DNA of 61,278 nucleotides, filler included, from Bipalium vagum (GCA_037834085.1; 3 parts of 3 records of this genome joined end to end with filler, not necessarily neighbours in it), one strand, 5' to 3'; shown: positions 43,157 to 55,800, counted from the whole stretch's first letter. Made by a program: numbers and translations. Notes: generated from the letters alone by a model not told the origin.

Positions 43157-44076
43157 CATTTATTATTTCCTTGGTATTTTTTGATAAATGTTGATGGAAT
43201 ATCTTTTGGGTAATAAAACTATTTCATATCTCTCTCGCTTTTCACTCGTACGTTTTTTGGGTAGCTTTGTCCATTGTATAGTACAAATATTCTGCGGAGA
43301 ACAGGTAGAATATATTTTTCTTATTTTTAAGGTTCATGAATATTGTTTCTTAACATGACATAATATTTCCAAGCGAAAAGTGTATTGATATTATTTTTTC
43401 AAATTCATTATATTTTTGAATATTCCTATAAATCTTCATTTCCAATATTTTGGTAAAAAGGTTTTTCAAAACTGACAGGGAAATGAATAAAAATGACCAA
43501 CAAGTGAACTTCAATGTTGGCATTTTTTCAAACTATAATATTTCGTCAAATAAATATAATATTTTTTATTATTTTCAAAATAAAGTTTTTGTAATTAATA
43601 TTATTTTAAAATGATAATAATAATAATTGTGATACATTCATTCCATCACAAAATTGAAACTCATATAAAATCAAAAGTACAACCAATTAAGATTTTTATA
43701 TTTTCAGGCTCTGTTTTTTTAAACATTTATTTAAACTGTTATACATATTTTGTTGAGATTTTAACATTGGATTTTTTTGTTTTCTATTTCTATGATAGGC
43801 ATTTTATTTTCTGAAATATTCTATGTTATGTTACATGAACTTTGTGGCAATTTTGACGTTAATTCATTTTTGAATAAAATTCAGAAATATGTTTTATTTA
43901 AAAATATTGTAAACATGTTTAAAAAATTTATAGCTTGACAAATTTCAGTAATAAAATTTGGATTCACCATTTTTTAAAATGAAATTTGATTTTTTAACAC
44001 CCTTCAAAAATATTGTTACATAAATTCTGATGATCATTCTAGAGGACTATCAAAAATTAATTATTTTTATATTTTT

Positions 44077-45655
44077 TTAATATCCATATGGAAAAGTTAT
44101 TATATTTCCATTTTCGTAATATTCTATCTCCTTTATTAAAATCAAAATCATACATTTTTATTTCATCTATTGTTTGAATTCTATTAAAATTTTTATAATT
44201 ATCTGTTAATTTAAATTTTATACTTTCAAATATTTTATAATTTTCTGTTTTATTTTTATTAAATAGATTGTTAGGATTATTTAAAACTTAATTCGTTTTC
44301 TTTTCAAGAGTAAGTTTATCTGAATTAATATTATTTTTACAAATCCTTTTGTTATATCAGTAGTAACAATTTTAATTTCCTTAGTACTCCAAATTTTCAT
44401 TTGATAATCTTTTGGAGCAGGTACAACTTTCATTTATATAAGATCAAACTCCATAATATTTTCAATTTCTTGTGTTAGATCTCCTAAATTTTCTCCTTGT
44501 AATTTTTCTAACAGGCTTGCAGTCTTCATGATCACAATTTTTATTTTTACAAGAATCATTAAGAAATATTGTACTATCAGTGTCACAATATATTACTCAT
44601 TCATTTAGTGTATCTAATAAGTTATATAATCTTAATCTTGCAGGAGCAGTTGTAAATAAAGCTATATAAATATTTGTAGTTTTGTTTGATTTTAACCATT
44701 CTTCTTTTATATGATATTTCATCATCCAAACTTCTTCATTAAAAATAGTTGGATTTGGTTCTTTAATTATTTCATCAAATATTATTTTCAAATATCATTA
44801 TAATTGTAAACATATAAACATTGTTTAAAATCCTTTCTCATTTCAAAATGTACCCATAAACTAAATAAACAAATTTTAGCTATAAATCTTAAGCCAGCAA
44901 TAAATTTAACATTATCAATTAGATATTGATCATAAGCAATATTTTCTGCTACAAATTCAATTTTAGTATTACAATCATTTTCATTTTTACAATCTTCACT
45001 AAAATATTTAGGATTATATTTACAACCAAATACTTCTAATTTATATTTCATAAACCAAATAATAATTTGTGTGCATCTCCAATTTCTTGTTTGTAAGGTA
45101 AGACTGGTAATTGCAAGTTTCTTGGTAAATTTTTTAATATTTTATAACTCCAAAGTAATTTTTATTATTTTTCATATATTCTTCTGGTGAAATATCAAAT
45201 ATTTTTATAGGATGCCCAACTGGATATTCATCGTGTTTATCTACAGTTGGATATAAAAAAACAAAATCTACATATTTTACTTTTTTATTTTAACTTTTAA
45301 AATATAATTGTATTGGTTCAGTTCTTCCTTCATTAGCTGCATCTTTAGGTTTTAGTTGAGATAATTCTGGATCAATTTTAAATTTATTAAAATCAGGATT
45401 TTTTAAATTATATTTATTATATTCACATTCGCATATTTCTATAAATTCTAATTTTAAATTTGTATTATTAAAATATTTTATAATATTATTCCTTTTTTCC
45501 AAAGTTCGATTATTTAAAAATTTCATTGTTTTATTTTCTTTTTACAAACTTCATCTTTATTATAACATTTTAAACAACCATTGAATTCATATTTATAATA
45601 GGCTTTAATTTTTCGATCATAATAATATCCATAAACTTTATATCTTTTATTATGT
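44077..45655 (-). pseudogene. Protein-primed DNA polymerase B pseudogene (Polinton/Maverick or adintovirus type), C-terminal two thirds
   Basis: Collinear motifs across frameshifts: YKVYGY..YEFNGC (Vsr-like insert), DAANEGRT, DFVFLYP..EYPVGHP, RFIAKICLFSLW (KxxxNSxWG), NIYIALFTTAPARLRLY, IYCDTDS, GENLGDLT, APKDY, terminal TFPYGY-stop at 44077-44079. Confidence 0.9.
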
Positions 45656-46139
45656 GGGAATCATCAACCAAGAAGAGGAAAAGATGAGGAGCTATTGGGA
45701 AGGGTTGCAGTTTCATCAAACATTTAAATCTGATTTTATTTATTTGTGATAGCGAACATTTTAATCTAGACATTTAATTGTATTTGAACATTTTAATTTG
45801 TCATCAAATATTGTAATAGTGATTTAGTGATTCAATTTAATTAATTTTTTTAAAAAAATAAAATAATATAGATTAATAATAATAATAAACAATAATGAAC
45901 AATGGTAATAAAAACTATTCGATAACAATAATAATTTCTCTCTTCAATATTTTTGGAACTTCAAATTTTTAAGTATGGATTTCACTATCAATAAATCAAT
46001 AAAAAGTAAATTTGATCGACAAAACCGTATAGAGTTTTAAAAAAACAACAAAACTAATAAATGACGCAGCAACCGACAATATATTCATCATTATAATAAT
46101 AAAGTAAATAATAATATAAAGAATAAAATAATCTAACCT

Positions 46140-46800
46140 AAAAACATGTCCACAAGGCGTGTAGCAGGAGCAAAGTGGCGGCTGGATCGAAGCGGCGAGT
46201 GGAGTGTGAAACTTAATAATAATAAATTAATAATAAAAAAAGAAAACTTGGGTAAATCAGCAGGCAGGATCAGAGATAGATAAGTGAAGATAATAAATAA
46301 TCAAAATTACTTGGGGCGTGAGCGCCAGAGTAGTTTGTCAGCTGGAAATATGATAGTAAGTTGGGGCACAGGAGGAGTGGAATAATAATAAAAATGATAT
46401 GATGGGTTGGGGGCGGTGGAGCATGAAAAAAATAAAATAATATTGAGTTTATAATTAATTCCCTTGAGGACTTTACATAAAATAATAATATATAATGATG
46501 ATATAGTATAGTATATGATAGTATAGTATATAATAATGATAATATAATAAAGAGTAATTATATATAATAATAAAACATGTTAATTAAAATAAAAAAAATA
46601 ATATTAATAAAATTTAATAAAATAAAATAATAAGAACAATAAATATAATAATAACACTTTTTTTAAAAATAGGAAATGACGTCACTGATAATTTTGGGAG
46701 GGGGGTTACAGCGGCATGAGTGATGACGTCAAATGAGAAAAAAATGGAGAAATGAAATCATTTGAAAATAAGCCAATGATAATTGTAGGAATGTTGGCAC
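46140..46800. promoter_or_regulatory. GC-patched non-coding block with CRE/ETS, GC boxes and CCAAT; probable terminus or promoter of the pPolB element
   Basis: TGACGTCA at 46677 (within GGAAATGACGTCA) and 46724, GGGGCGTG near 46313, GGGGCGG near 46409, AGCCAAT near 46771, short ATAGT repeats near 46500. Confidence 0.45.
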
Positions 46801-48939
46801 ACATAATAAAAACTAGTATAAATATCCATAGGAAAATCAAAAAAATTCGCCTTCAAAAATTCTAAGATAGTTTATTATAACTGGAAAAGAAAATTTGAAA
46901 ATTAGAGTTCATTATAACTCATTTTACAAAGCAAAAATTTATTAATTAAAGTGTAAGTGAATTATTATATTCACTATAATTAAATAATTACACAGAACGT
47001 GAATATAATTTCCCGTTTCTGTTTTTATTAAATTACTTCTTATTTCTTCTTTTTGTGTTTTATTCTAGCAATTACGATCTGGTAAACTAGTTATCAGATT
47101 CGCTATTTTACTTCAGGGCATCTACACATTTCCTGGTGTAGATTGAATATCTGCTTTAATTTAATATTGTCATTTTGATTTCAGAAAAAGAAAAACCTTT
47201 GTAAAAAAGTTGTAAAAATTGTAATTGAAATAAAGGTTTTAAAAATCGTTTTGTTTGCCTTATTTGTGATCGGTACACTACCTTAAGGAGTCAGATTAAG
47301 ATAAGTTGTACACATCCTCACTCTCACAAAACTTAACATTTGCTTAGTTAGTATTTTTCTGAAAGGAGATTTGTCCCGTCGTTGGGGCAATAAATTATAA
47401 TTTTAGTATTATTTGATTAACTTTATCTCGGAATGGAGTTAAAGTAAGAATGAATGGGCTATTAAAGGAAATGGGCGTCTCAAAGCTTAGAGATTTGTGA
47501 TCGTAGACCAATCTCTAAAACTATAAAAAGAGACGGCTATTCCCAGAAAGCCGCCCAGAAAAACAAAAGTGCGACTATTATTATTCATTGGTTTTTGTAA
47601 AGCAATTGGAAATTGATTAAAGGAGAATTATTTCGTCGGAAACAATTGGAAATAGAAGATTGCCTTAAAAATTGGTAATTTCGTTTATGCCAAGGTATGA
47701 TGACAACGCAAAAGGATTTACCTGTGGGACCCAGCGAGTTTGGGAATCACTAGGTGACCTGAAAAGGATCTAGAGGACGACCCGGGTCGATCCTGGTAAG
47801 GAGATTCTTGATTTCTATTTATTGTATTTTGTGATTCTTAATTTCTATTATTCTCTTGAAATTCATTATATTTACATATTGTTTTCAATCATAAATTATT
47901 TTTAACGTTCATTTGTCTTGATTTGCGATTAAGAAGATTTGATGATTTTTCGGACGTGGGATCAGTTTTGATTTTAATTTTTAGACATTTGACTGGTATC
48001 GATTCTTTGATTGATTTTGATAAGTGTAACGATTCAGTTTTACATTTTAATAAGGTTTTACTAAAATTGTTTTGATTCAATTTGGAGTGCAAATAGATAT
48101 ATGGTTTTATTGTGGGAGTTTTGATTCAATTGAGTTTAAATTTGTGTAACTGTTAAAGTAAGACGAACACAACATTAGAAACTGAGGAGTTATTTCGAGC
48201 ACAAGTTACATATTTCAATTAAGGAAAATAGTAACAAAATTATAATTAAAATTTAGTTAAATTTTTAATTTTATTTTATTCGGTTTTTTTAAAAAATATA
48301 ATATAAAACACAGGAAATTAAAACAAATCATAAATAATAATTGCCAGTTACAATCAGCATAGAATATATCGTTTAATTTTAAAAATAAAGCTTTTATCAA
48401 AGTCAAAACATACAACCCGGTCAAATTTGACAAGAATCCGTTTTGTGTATTTTATCATCTATTAATATATATATATATATCGCGAAACTATTAATCTCTC
48501 TCTTTCAATTTATAGTATCGATTTTTTATTGATTCTACAATGGTTTAATTTTACGTAGACAAATTCCTTCATGCTCATTAGAATGATGTCATTGAAAATC
48601 GGTTTCTGTGGTATTCTCTGGCCTGTGATTGAGACTGTGTGTGACTATTTGCATAAATTATCTATTCACAGAATTCTCTTTCATTCATCCTTAATTCAGG
48701 TTTCGTCGATGTCAGTAAGTGTAGTTTTATTTCTTGTGAATTATCAAAATATTATTTTTCCAAACATTATTATCATCAATTTCGGTGAGAGATATTTTAA
48801 ACATTTATATTTATAAGAAATGTTATAAGAAAGCAGAGTATCGATAATATTCTGCAAGATCTTGTTGGTTTAATGAGGAAATTTTGTGATAAATATTTAG
48901 CAGCTCTAAAATGTCTATTATTTTTTTCAGTAAATTAAA

Positions 48940-49140
48940 ATGTCGGGAATCAGTCAACAGAAAAAGTTAGTCGAACAACTTCGAGCGGAAGCCGCAATGA
49001 ACAGGAGACCGATATCGGAAAGTATACAGATAATGATTCAATATATGAATGATAATAAAGACAAGGATTATTTGGTCAAGGGTTTCGTGAACAAAAAAGA
49101 TAATCCTTTTCAAGAGAAAGGTGGATGTGTAATGTTGTGA
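48940..49140 (+). CDS. Heterotrimeric G-protein gamma subunit (complete, single coding exon)
   Basis: KLVEQLRAEA..RRPISE..D.LV.G...DNPFQEK and C-terminal CaaX CVML. Confidence 0.95.
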   Translation: MSGISQQKKLVEQLRAEAAMNRRPISESIQIMIQYMNDNKDKDYLVKGFVNKKDNPFQEKGGCVML

Positions 49141-50319
49141 AAGGGGATGTTTATTTATATAATAGTAGCAAATAATGATTGCATTATAAATACATTTTTA
49201 AATTAATTACTTTCATGATTCATTTTAATTATTTCTAAATATATTTTAACTCTTACAATTTGTGGGTGGAACTTTTAAAATAACATATATTTATCAAAAA
49301 ACTTTTTAAAATTTTAGACCAAGATGATTTCGATGAATAGAAGGGAAAGTTATATAAAGTAGAATATGTAAAGCAATGGCGGTAAAGATTTTATCTTTGT
49401 TCATAAATCTGAAAAACAAGACATGTCAAATAGTCAAAAAATACATAAATAAATGAATTTCCAGAGTAATCATTAGAGAAAAATAATCAATTATGCAAAG
49501 TAAAAAAATTACTCTGTACAGAAAAATAAAAAATAGAAAATTTTAATTAGAAATCTACAGAACAATACTTTTGTTTAAATTAAATATTTAACTGTTGTAA
49601 TATTTAACCAAATTAAACAAGTAAAATGTGACAAATATAATTTATCAAAGTAATGATTTTAATAAAAAATTTAATTATTTCTTTGACAAAGTATTAAAAG
49701 TATTCAATTTAAAATGAAAATTGGCAACAATTTATAAAAAATAGGAATTTAGAATTTTTTTTGAAGATGTATTTGTTAGGACGGTCTTCAAACTTTAAAT
49801 CAAAGTGTTTAAACAATTATAATCCTAACACAAAAATAATAAATGAAAACTATGGTATTGATAGTCATACTAGAAGTACCAATTGTTCTGGTATTAATAG
49901 TTAATTGATATCACTGATAGACTGATACTAATAAATGTTTTTCTTGTTCATATCTTATAATATTACTGTAATACCATGTCTGGAAAATTAAAAATTAATT
50001 CTAACATCAGAAAGTTTTTTTCTACTCTAGTTCCAAAATATCTCAAACCAAGGTTTAATCTTTATAAAAGATAATTTTAGCAAAAACTACAACAAGTTCA
50101 GTGAATTTAATAGGTCCCAAATCTGGAACATGGCTCATCTGACTAGAATACATAATTGAAATAACATTATTATTTCAATTTTTTTTCTTTATTACAGATC
50201 ACAAAGTTTATCTGCGTTATCAAACTTTGAATATATATTTCCGTAGAGCTTCAAAATATGATTTTATTAACTATGAACCAAACATTTCAATACAAATTAC
50301 AGGCAATTACAAAAATAAC

Positions 50320-50599
50320 AATCCCGGTATCTCCGATTAATTTTCACTAACATGGCGACTACACCAGGACACCAAACAGCGGACGAGGTCTCTGAAGTAA
50401 AAATGTAATAGGAATTAAATGGAAATAGAAGTAAAGAGACTCGGGGCGGTTAAGGGTATGGATGTGAGGTTTAAATGAAGGGAATATGAGATATATTGAA
50501 AATTAGTCGGGGGATGTAGCTCAGCGGTCAGAGCAGTGCATGCGCATGTGAAGGTCCCGGGTTCAAATCCCGGTATCTCCGATTAATTTTCAACTAACA
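50320..50599 (+). mobile_element. Miniature LTR retroelement (TRIM) with a tRNA-derived LTR: 5' LTR remnant 50320-50352, PBS 50353-50370, PPT about 50473-50486, 3' LTR 50487-50599
   Basis: AATCCCGGTATCTCCGATTAATTTTCA(A)CTAACA occurs twice in direct orientation; the first copy is followed immediately by TGGCGACTACACCAGGAC; purine tract AAATGAAGGGAATA abuts TG; the LTR ends in CA. Confidence 0.75.
50510..50581 (+). tRNA. tRNA-Ala(CGC)-derived sequence, probably non-functional as a tRNA
   Basis: Acceptor GGGGATG/TATCTCC, D arm GCTC/GAGC, T arm CCGGG-TTCAAAT-CCCGG, A box TAGCTCAGCGG, B box GGTTCAAATCC; anticodon arm is 1 nt short and does not form the canonical 5-bp stem. Confidence 0.8.
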
Positions 50600-50849
50600 A
50601 ATACAATTTTTGACAATCCATAGAGGTACAGTACACAATTAGTATACACTTAACGAAATTAAATTGACCACACCCATAAAAAGTGACAAAACAATCAAAC
50701 ATTATATTAGAAAGCTTATGATTAATGTATTCGAAAGACAGATATGAAAAACAATATGAGCAAGTCAAAAATAATAAATATATTGATAACATATTTTGTG
50801 GACAAAAAGTTGATTTTGAAACCGAAATAAAATTGACCTCACATTACAT

Positions 50850-51750
50850 TTTCTTCAAACCACGCGCTATATATTGGCATAATATGTATGTAAAATAATT
50901 TTTGTCGATAAAATAATCACTTATTATTTTTTACTACCATTGTTTTAATGACTTCAAGAAGTCTATCTTGTTATGGTACAGACAAGCCTTAAAATGATAC
51001 CCAATGTAATAACATTGGACACATCTCTGATGCGGTTTTTCAAATTGATGATATTGTCAAATTGCTTTCCATTGCAGAGCACCTGACCAGCTATGATTCC
51101 CCATAAATTTTTAATGGGGAATCATTAAATCGGAACAATGTGGATATTTATGTCGATATCAAATATTTAAATTATGTGAATAGATTTACTTTTCAACGAA
51201 TCGGTAATAGTTTATAAATATTATTTTGTCAAACTTTTATAGTAAGATATCTTATTGGTTTTATATTAAACTACAAAACTGGAATTTGGTATAAGTCTTT
51301 AAAACTCATAATTTTCCATAGCAACTTCTATATGTAAGCACAAATTAATTTTGGAAGGGTTCGTTCTGTTATTTTTGGTTTACTATTATCCATCTTGTAT
51401 TTTTAACCTGTAATAAAAAAAACTTGCTCAGTTTTCCACCATTATCCCCAGATTCCTATATTCTGTTACCTTTTTTATTTCAGGTCTTCCAAAAATCTGC
51501 AAATGGTCCTTGATGTCTTTCCAAACATTTAGTCTACTGAACAAACTTCTTAGTCATGTTAATTAAATGGTATGACCAAAATTTTAGAAAATTAATCAGT
51601 TTGATCAATCGATTTTTTATTCTCGAAAAACATTCGACATTGATAATATTTTTAAAGTCACAACAATATAAATATACGATCAAACAATTTTTTAATATGC
51701 CCATATTATTTGAATTGATCATACTCTGGTAATTTTTGTACAATGTTGAT
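50850..51750 (-). mobile_element. Highly decayed piggyBac-like transposase
   Basis: Degenerate VDExM..FR and MGGVDxxDQ-like segments in the expected order; bounds approximate. Confidence 0.35.
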
Positions 51751-52807
51751 CGATTCTTGGAAAATCAACATTTAAACAATATACTTTAAGGTGTTTTATC
51801 TAATGTCTTCATTAAAATATTAAAATTTCAACCGAAAACTCTAACTTTCGCATGAACAACTTCTTTCAAAATTCTAAAGAAAATTTTCGTAATTTTTCTC
51901 TTTCACACTTGATATTTTATGAACGTTTTGCATATTCCAGGAGTTATTAATTTAAAACATGAATCACAGTTACAATTCTGATTCGCGCCTTTGCTTTATA
52001 AAAATTAATTAATAAACTTTTCATAAATTGTGCCAATTATTTTGACAAGTTAATGTTTCATTAAAACAAGTTAGATGAAAAGTAAGAAATATTTTATATA
52101 CAATAAATTAAATCTTTACCAAATCTTGACCTTTTAATTCAATGCATTAACAAATTTCACTTTATTTTCTGCGGATGTTTAATGTTAATTAAAAATTGTA
52201 TTTCAAATTTAACAGAAGAAACAATACAAATAAATAATTTCTTAATATTTTTGAACAATGCAAATTAATTTTAAAAAAAGCTTTATTTCGTCAAACACAG
52301 AAAAATGAAATAAATTTCATTAGTTACACAATATATATAAAAATCAACAAAAATGATTAGATATCTTTCCAGCACTAAAGATGAAGTATTTTTAGCCATT
52401 TCACACAATGTACCCAAAGCAAACATTTCAATAATTTATTTAAAAATCATTAACCATGTACAATTAAAATATTTTAGAAAATATATGAAAATGCAGTGCT
52501 TAGTTAATTATAATTAATTTTTTGAAGAATATTCATTGAATTATGAATGTCTGACGTCCAAATCTCTGCTGAAAATGGAAATTTGTGCATATTTCCATTT
52601 TGGTGCACAACGTAGAAAGTAAACGAACCAATGAAATTGACGATCCTGAAATTAAGCATGTCTTGTATCATTCATATAGCCTTGGCAATTTACCATTTAC
52701 GATATTTTATATCATATTGATTTGGTTATTTAAAGTCGAAACAGGAAAATATCTGTTAACTAATTTGCTCAATTACTAAGACTTGCCGAAAATCATAATT
52801 TATTTAG

Positions 52808-55800
52808 ATGAGTTATAATTTCAGGTAATTATAATTTTGCTTTTAATTTAAAATATTAGTTTGTTTTATTATTTGTTTTGCAAATAATAATAATAATAAT
52901 AATTTTTTATTCAACTTATTTTGATTTAATTTTCAGTCGGTTTCTTGTTATATATAATTTGTCATGTTTCTATGGGTTACATGAAATATTCAGTATTAAA
53001 ACAAAACGTTAATAAAGAATAATTACATTTTGACAAAATTTTTAAAATTCAGTTAGATCAATAATTAGACTGGTCAATAAAAAAATACTTTTTGTCATCA
53101 TACATAAAATCATGTTTCTATAGATTAGATTATGACGCTGATTTCAAAAAATTTATCAATTTTACTCTAACAAACCGGGATTTTAAACTATAACTAATTT
53201 AAATTTTGAATTTTATTTAACGGGATATAAGCATTTCACGTGACTGTTATGTAAAACAAAATGTTTAATAACTACTACTATTTAAAATTAATTCTTATTG
53301 ATTGTCTCATTTTCCTTATCATAAATTTACGATTTTAATTAATAATAAAAAAAACCAATGAATAATTTCATATAAATTTTATTATTAATTCAAAATTCAA
53401 TAACCACCACTGATCTTTTTAATAATATTTTCCAGAAATAATTGTGAAGAGAATATTATTATTAGTTTTTAGTACTTCCTTTAAGAATGGTTAGTGAGAT
53501 AATTTTTTAATTTATCAGTCTGATCGAAATAAAATAATTAAATTCTTTATTTTATTCCAAATAAAACTGATTAATATTTTTCTGAGAAATTGTCAGAGTT
53601 AAAGAGATTGAAACTGTTAGTTTACTTAAAATTCCAAATAGAAATAAAATAATATGTGGTAAATAAATTAGTTTCCCGATATATTTTGTTACGTAGACTG
53701 AATAAATATGAAAAACAAGATCCATCTTAACTCCATGAAATCATAATCCCATTAATCATCTGTTGATGGCACCTACCCACTGTTAAATAAAGTAAAAGTA
53801 ATCGATTTCGTTTGGGGGAATATTTACAAATTGACATTCATAAATACTCTACGATTTTTTGTCGGATAAATTTCGTCTGTAACACAAACAGTGATTATGA
53901 ATATTTCTGGATTTTCGTTGAAATAATTAGACGAAAGTGTTCAGACTTTCAAGTGTAAATAATTAACCATCTTAATTATACCAATGTAAAATAATATTGA
54001 AGACAGAAAATATCAATTGCAGAATTCATATCATTTGAAGTGGGAATATTATCTGATCAACAACATTTATGAATAAAATAATTGATTTATTTATTTTAAT
54101 TTTGGGTTTCATGTTTATTTATTTTCTAGATACCTTCTGCTATGTGTAATGTTAATCAGATCATATTTTGCAGTTAGTTACCAATCGTTTATTATTTTTA
54201 TTATTATTATTTTATTTTTATCATAATAAATATAAATTAACATGTATTTATTAAATTTATATTTATTTTATAAATTAATCATGTTTTATAAATTTTAATT
54301 AAAAACTTTATTGATACATTGATTTATTGAATTGATTATAGTAAATTAATAAGAAAATCATTGCATTTTTATGTATTCAAATTTGAAATTAGATTTTTGA
54401 AAATATTTTTTTGAACGCAGTAATTTTTATACTATAAGGAAGATCAGAAACTGTTTTACATTTTCATGTATTTTACTTGTGTAATATTTCTGCATAAGTC
54501 ACTCGAAAAATCAATGAAATCAATCTATTTGATTACTGGAAAAATGTGATTCGCGAAAATCATGTTCTAAAGTGGCCATCATCACAGCGACTGGAAATTA
54601 GTAAAACTCAACGTCAGTTTGCAAATACGAGATTACAAAAAAGAATACCAAGGTGTCGGTTTGGTGGCCCATGGTTAGTCACAGCAGTTTCTTAAATCAA
54701 AGGAAAACTTTATCATGAGAAAGATATTGTTAAGAAGTTGATGAAAATAGAAAACATTCAATAATTTTTACAATACTGCCTGACCAAAAGTGGTAAAAAA
54801 TTCCTGCAGAAGCCGAATGATTTGTGATATGATTGTCTGCCTTACCCAACATACTCACGGAATTTTAGCTTACTGACTATGATTTTTATCATCTTCTACA
54901 ACTATAGAATAGCTTATCGATTCTACGTCATTGGAATTAATAAACTTTTTTGTATCGGCATGAATAAGTTGCTTTGCAAGGATCATATCTTGAATAAAAC
55001 ACTTTCTTGTCTTCTGATATTTTTAATAATACTTTTGCCTGTTAAAGTGCAATGATTTTCTCAGTAACATAGTGTTATTTTACTTTATCAATTTCAGTAA
55101 CTTGATTATTTTATCCCTAAGTCTATGTAAACAGTACTGATTAATCTAATCAACAGAATATAATATACAAATATTAATAAAAACTTAATTTTTTAGAAAG
55201 TGTCAGATCCATTCAAGTGTTCAACTATATGTACACCAGATAAATGTTTATGTATTGGAAATAAAGGAGAACAAGTAAATTCTAGTTTAATTTATAATCA
55301 GAATTTTATAATATTTCAACTGAATTATTGGATCTATTAAATATGACGGCATGAAAACTTATCAATTAAATCTGACGGCATGTTTAAAAAACAAATCAAA
55401 GCACAAAGAATACAAATACAAAAACAAACAAAAATATAAATACACTTAATACACATATTATTTAACAATCCACTCGAATCAATTCCTAAATCTTTCCAAA
55501 TAACAACCTCTGGAATTGAACTATAAACATAAATTCTTGCAAGGAGTCTGCATCCACACCGCGAATATCTTTAATAGAATGTATAATTTTGTTATTATAA
55601 CTCTACATGTTGGGTGTGAATACACTGGCTCCATCAGTGTTAAAATTTAAAGTATTTGTTTATATAATTGATTTTTGATAAATAAACAGTTTTTAAAAAG
55701 GTAGTTTAGTGTTTTGCATTTAATGAATAATTTAGGAGAAGAATCAATTCAACCTATCATAGCGACCACACCTAAATCATTACTGGAAAGATTCATTCCA

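Noticed and set aside
47765-47795. Polylinker-like GGATCTAGAGGACGACCCGGGTCGATCC with 12-bp palindrome
   Set aside because: Only superficially like a vector MCS; lies in what looks like a decayed LTR-element remnant (about 47270-47800) that I cannot classify.
50510-50581. Functional tRNA-Ala gene
   Set aside because: Anticodon arm is short and mispaired, and the discriminator position is G rather than the A usual for Ala.
50320-50599. Prophage-like attL/attR duplication of a tRNA 3' end
   Set aside because: Eukaryotic context, no integrase between the repeats, and PBS/PPT/TG-CA geometry fits an LTR element better.
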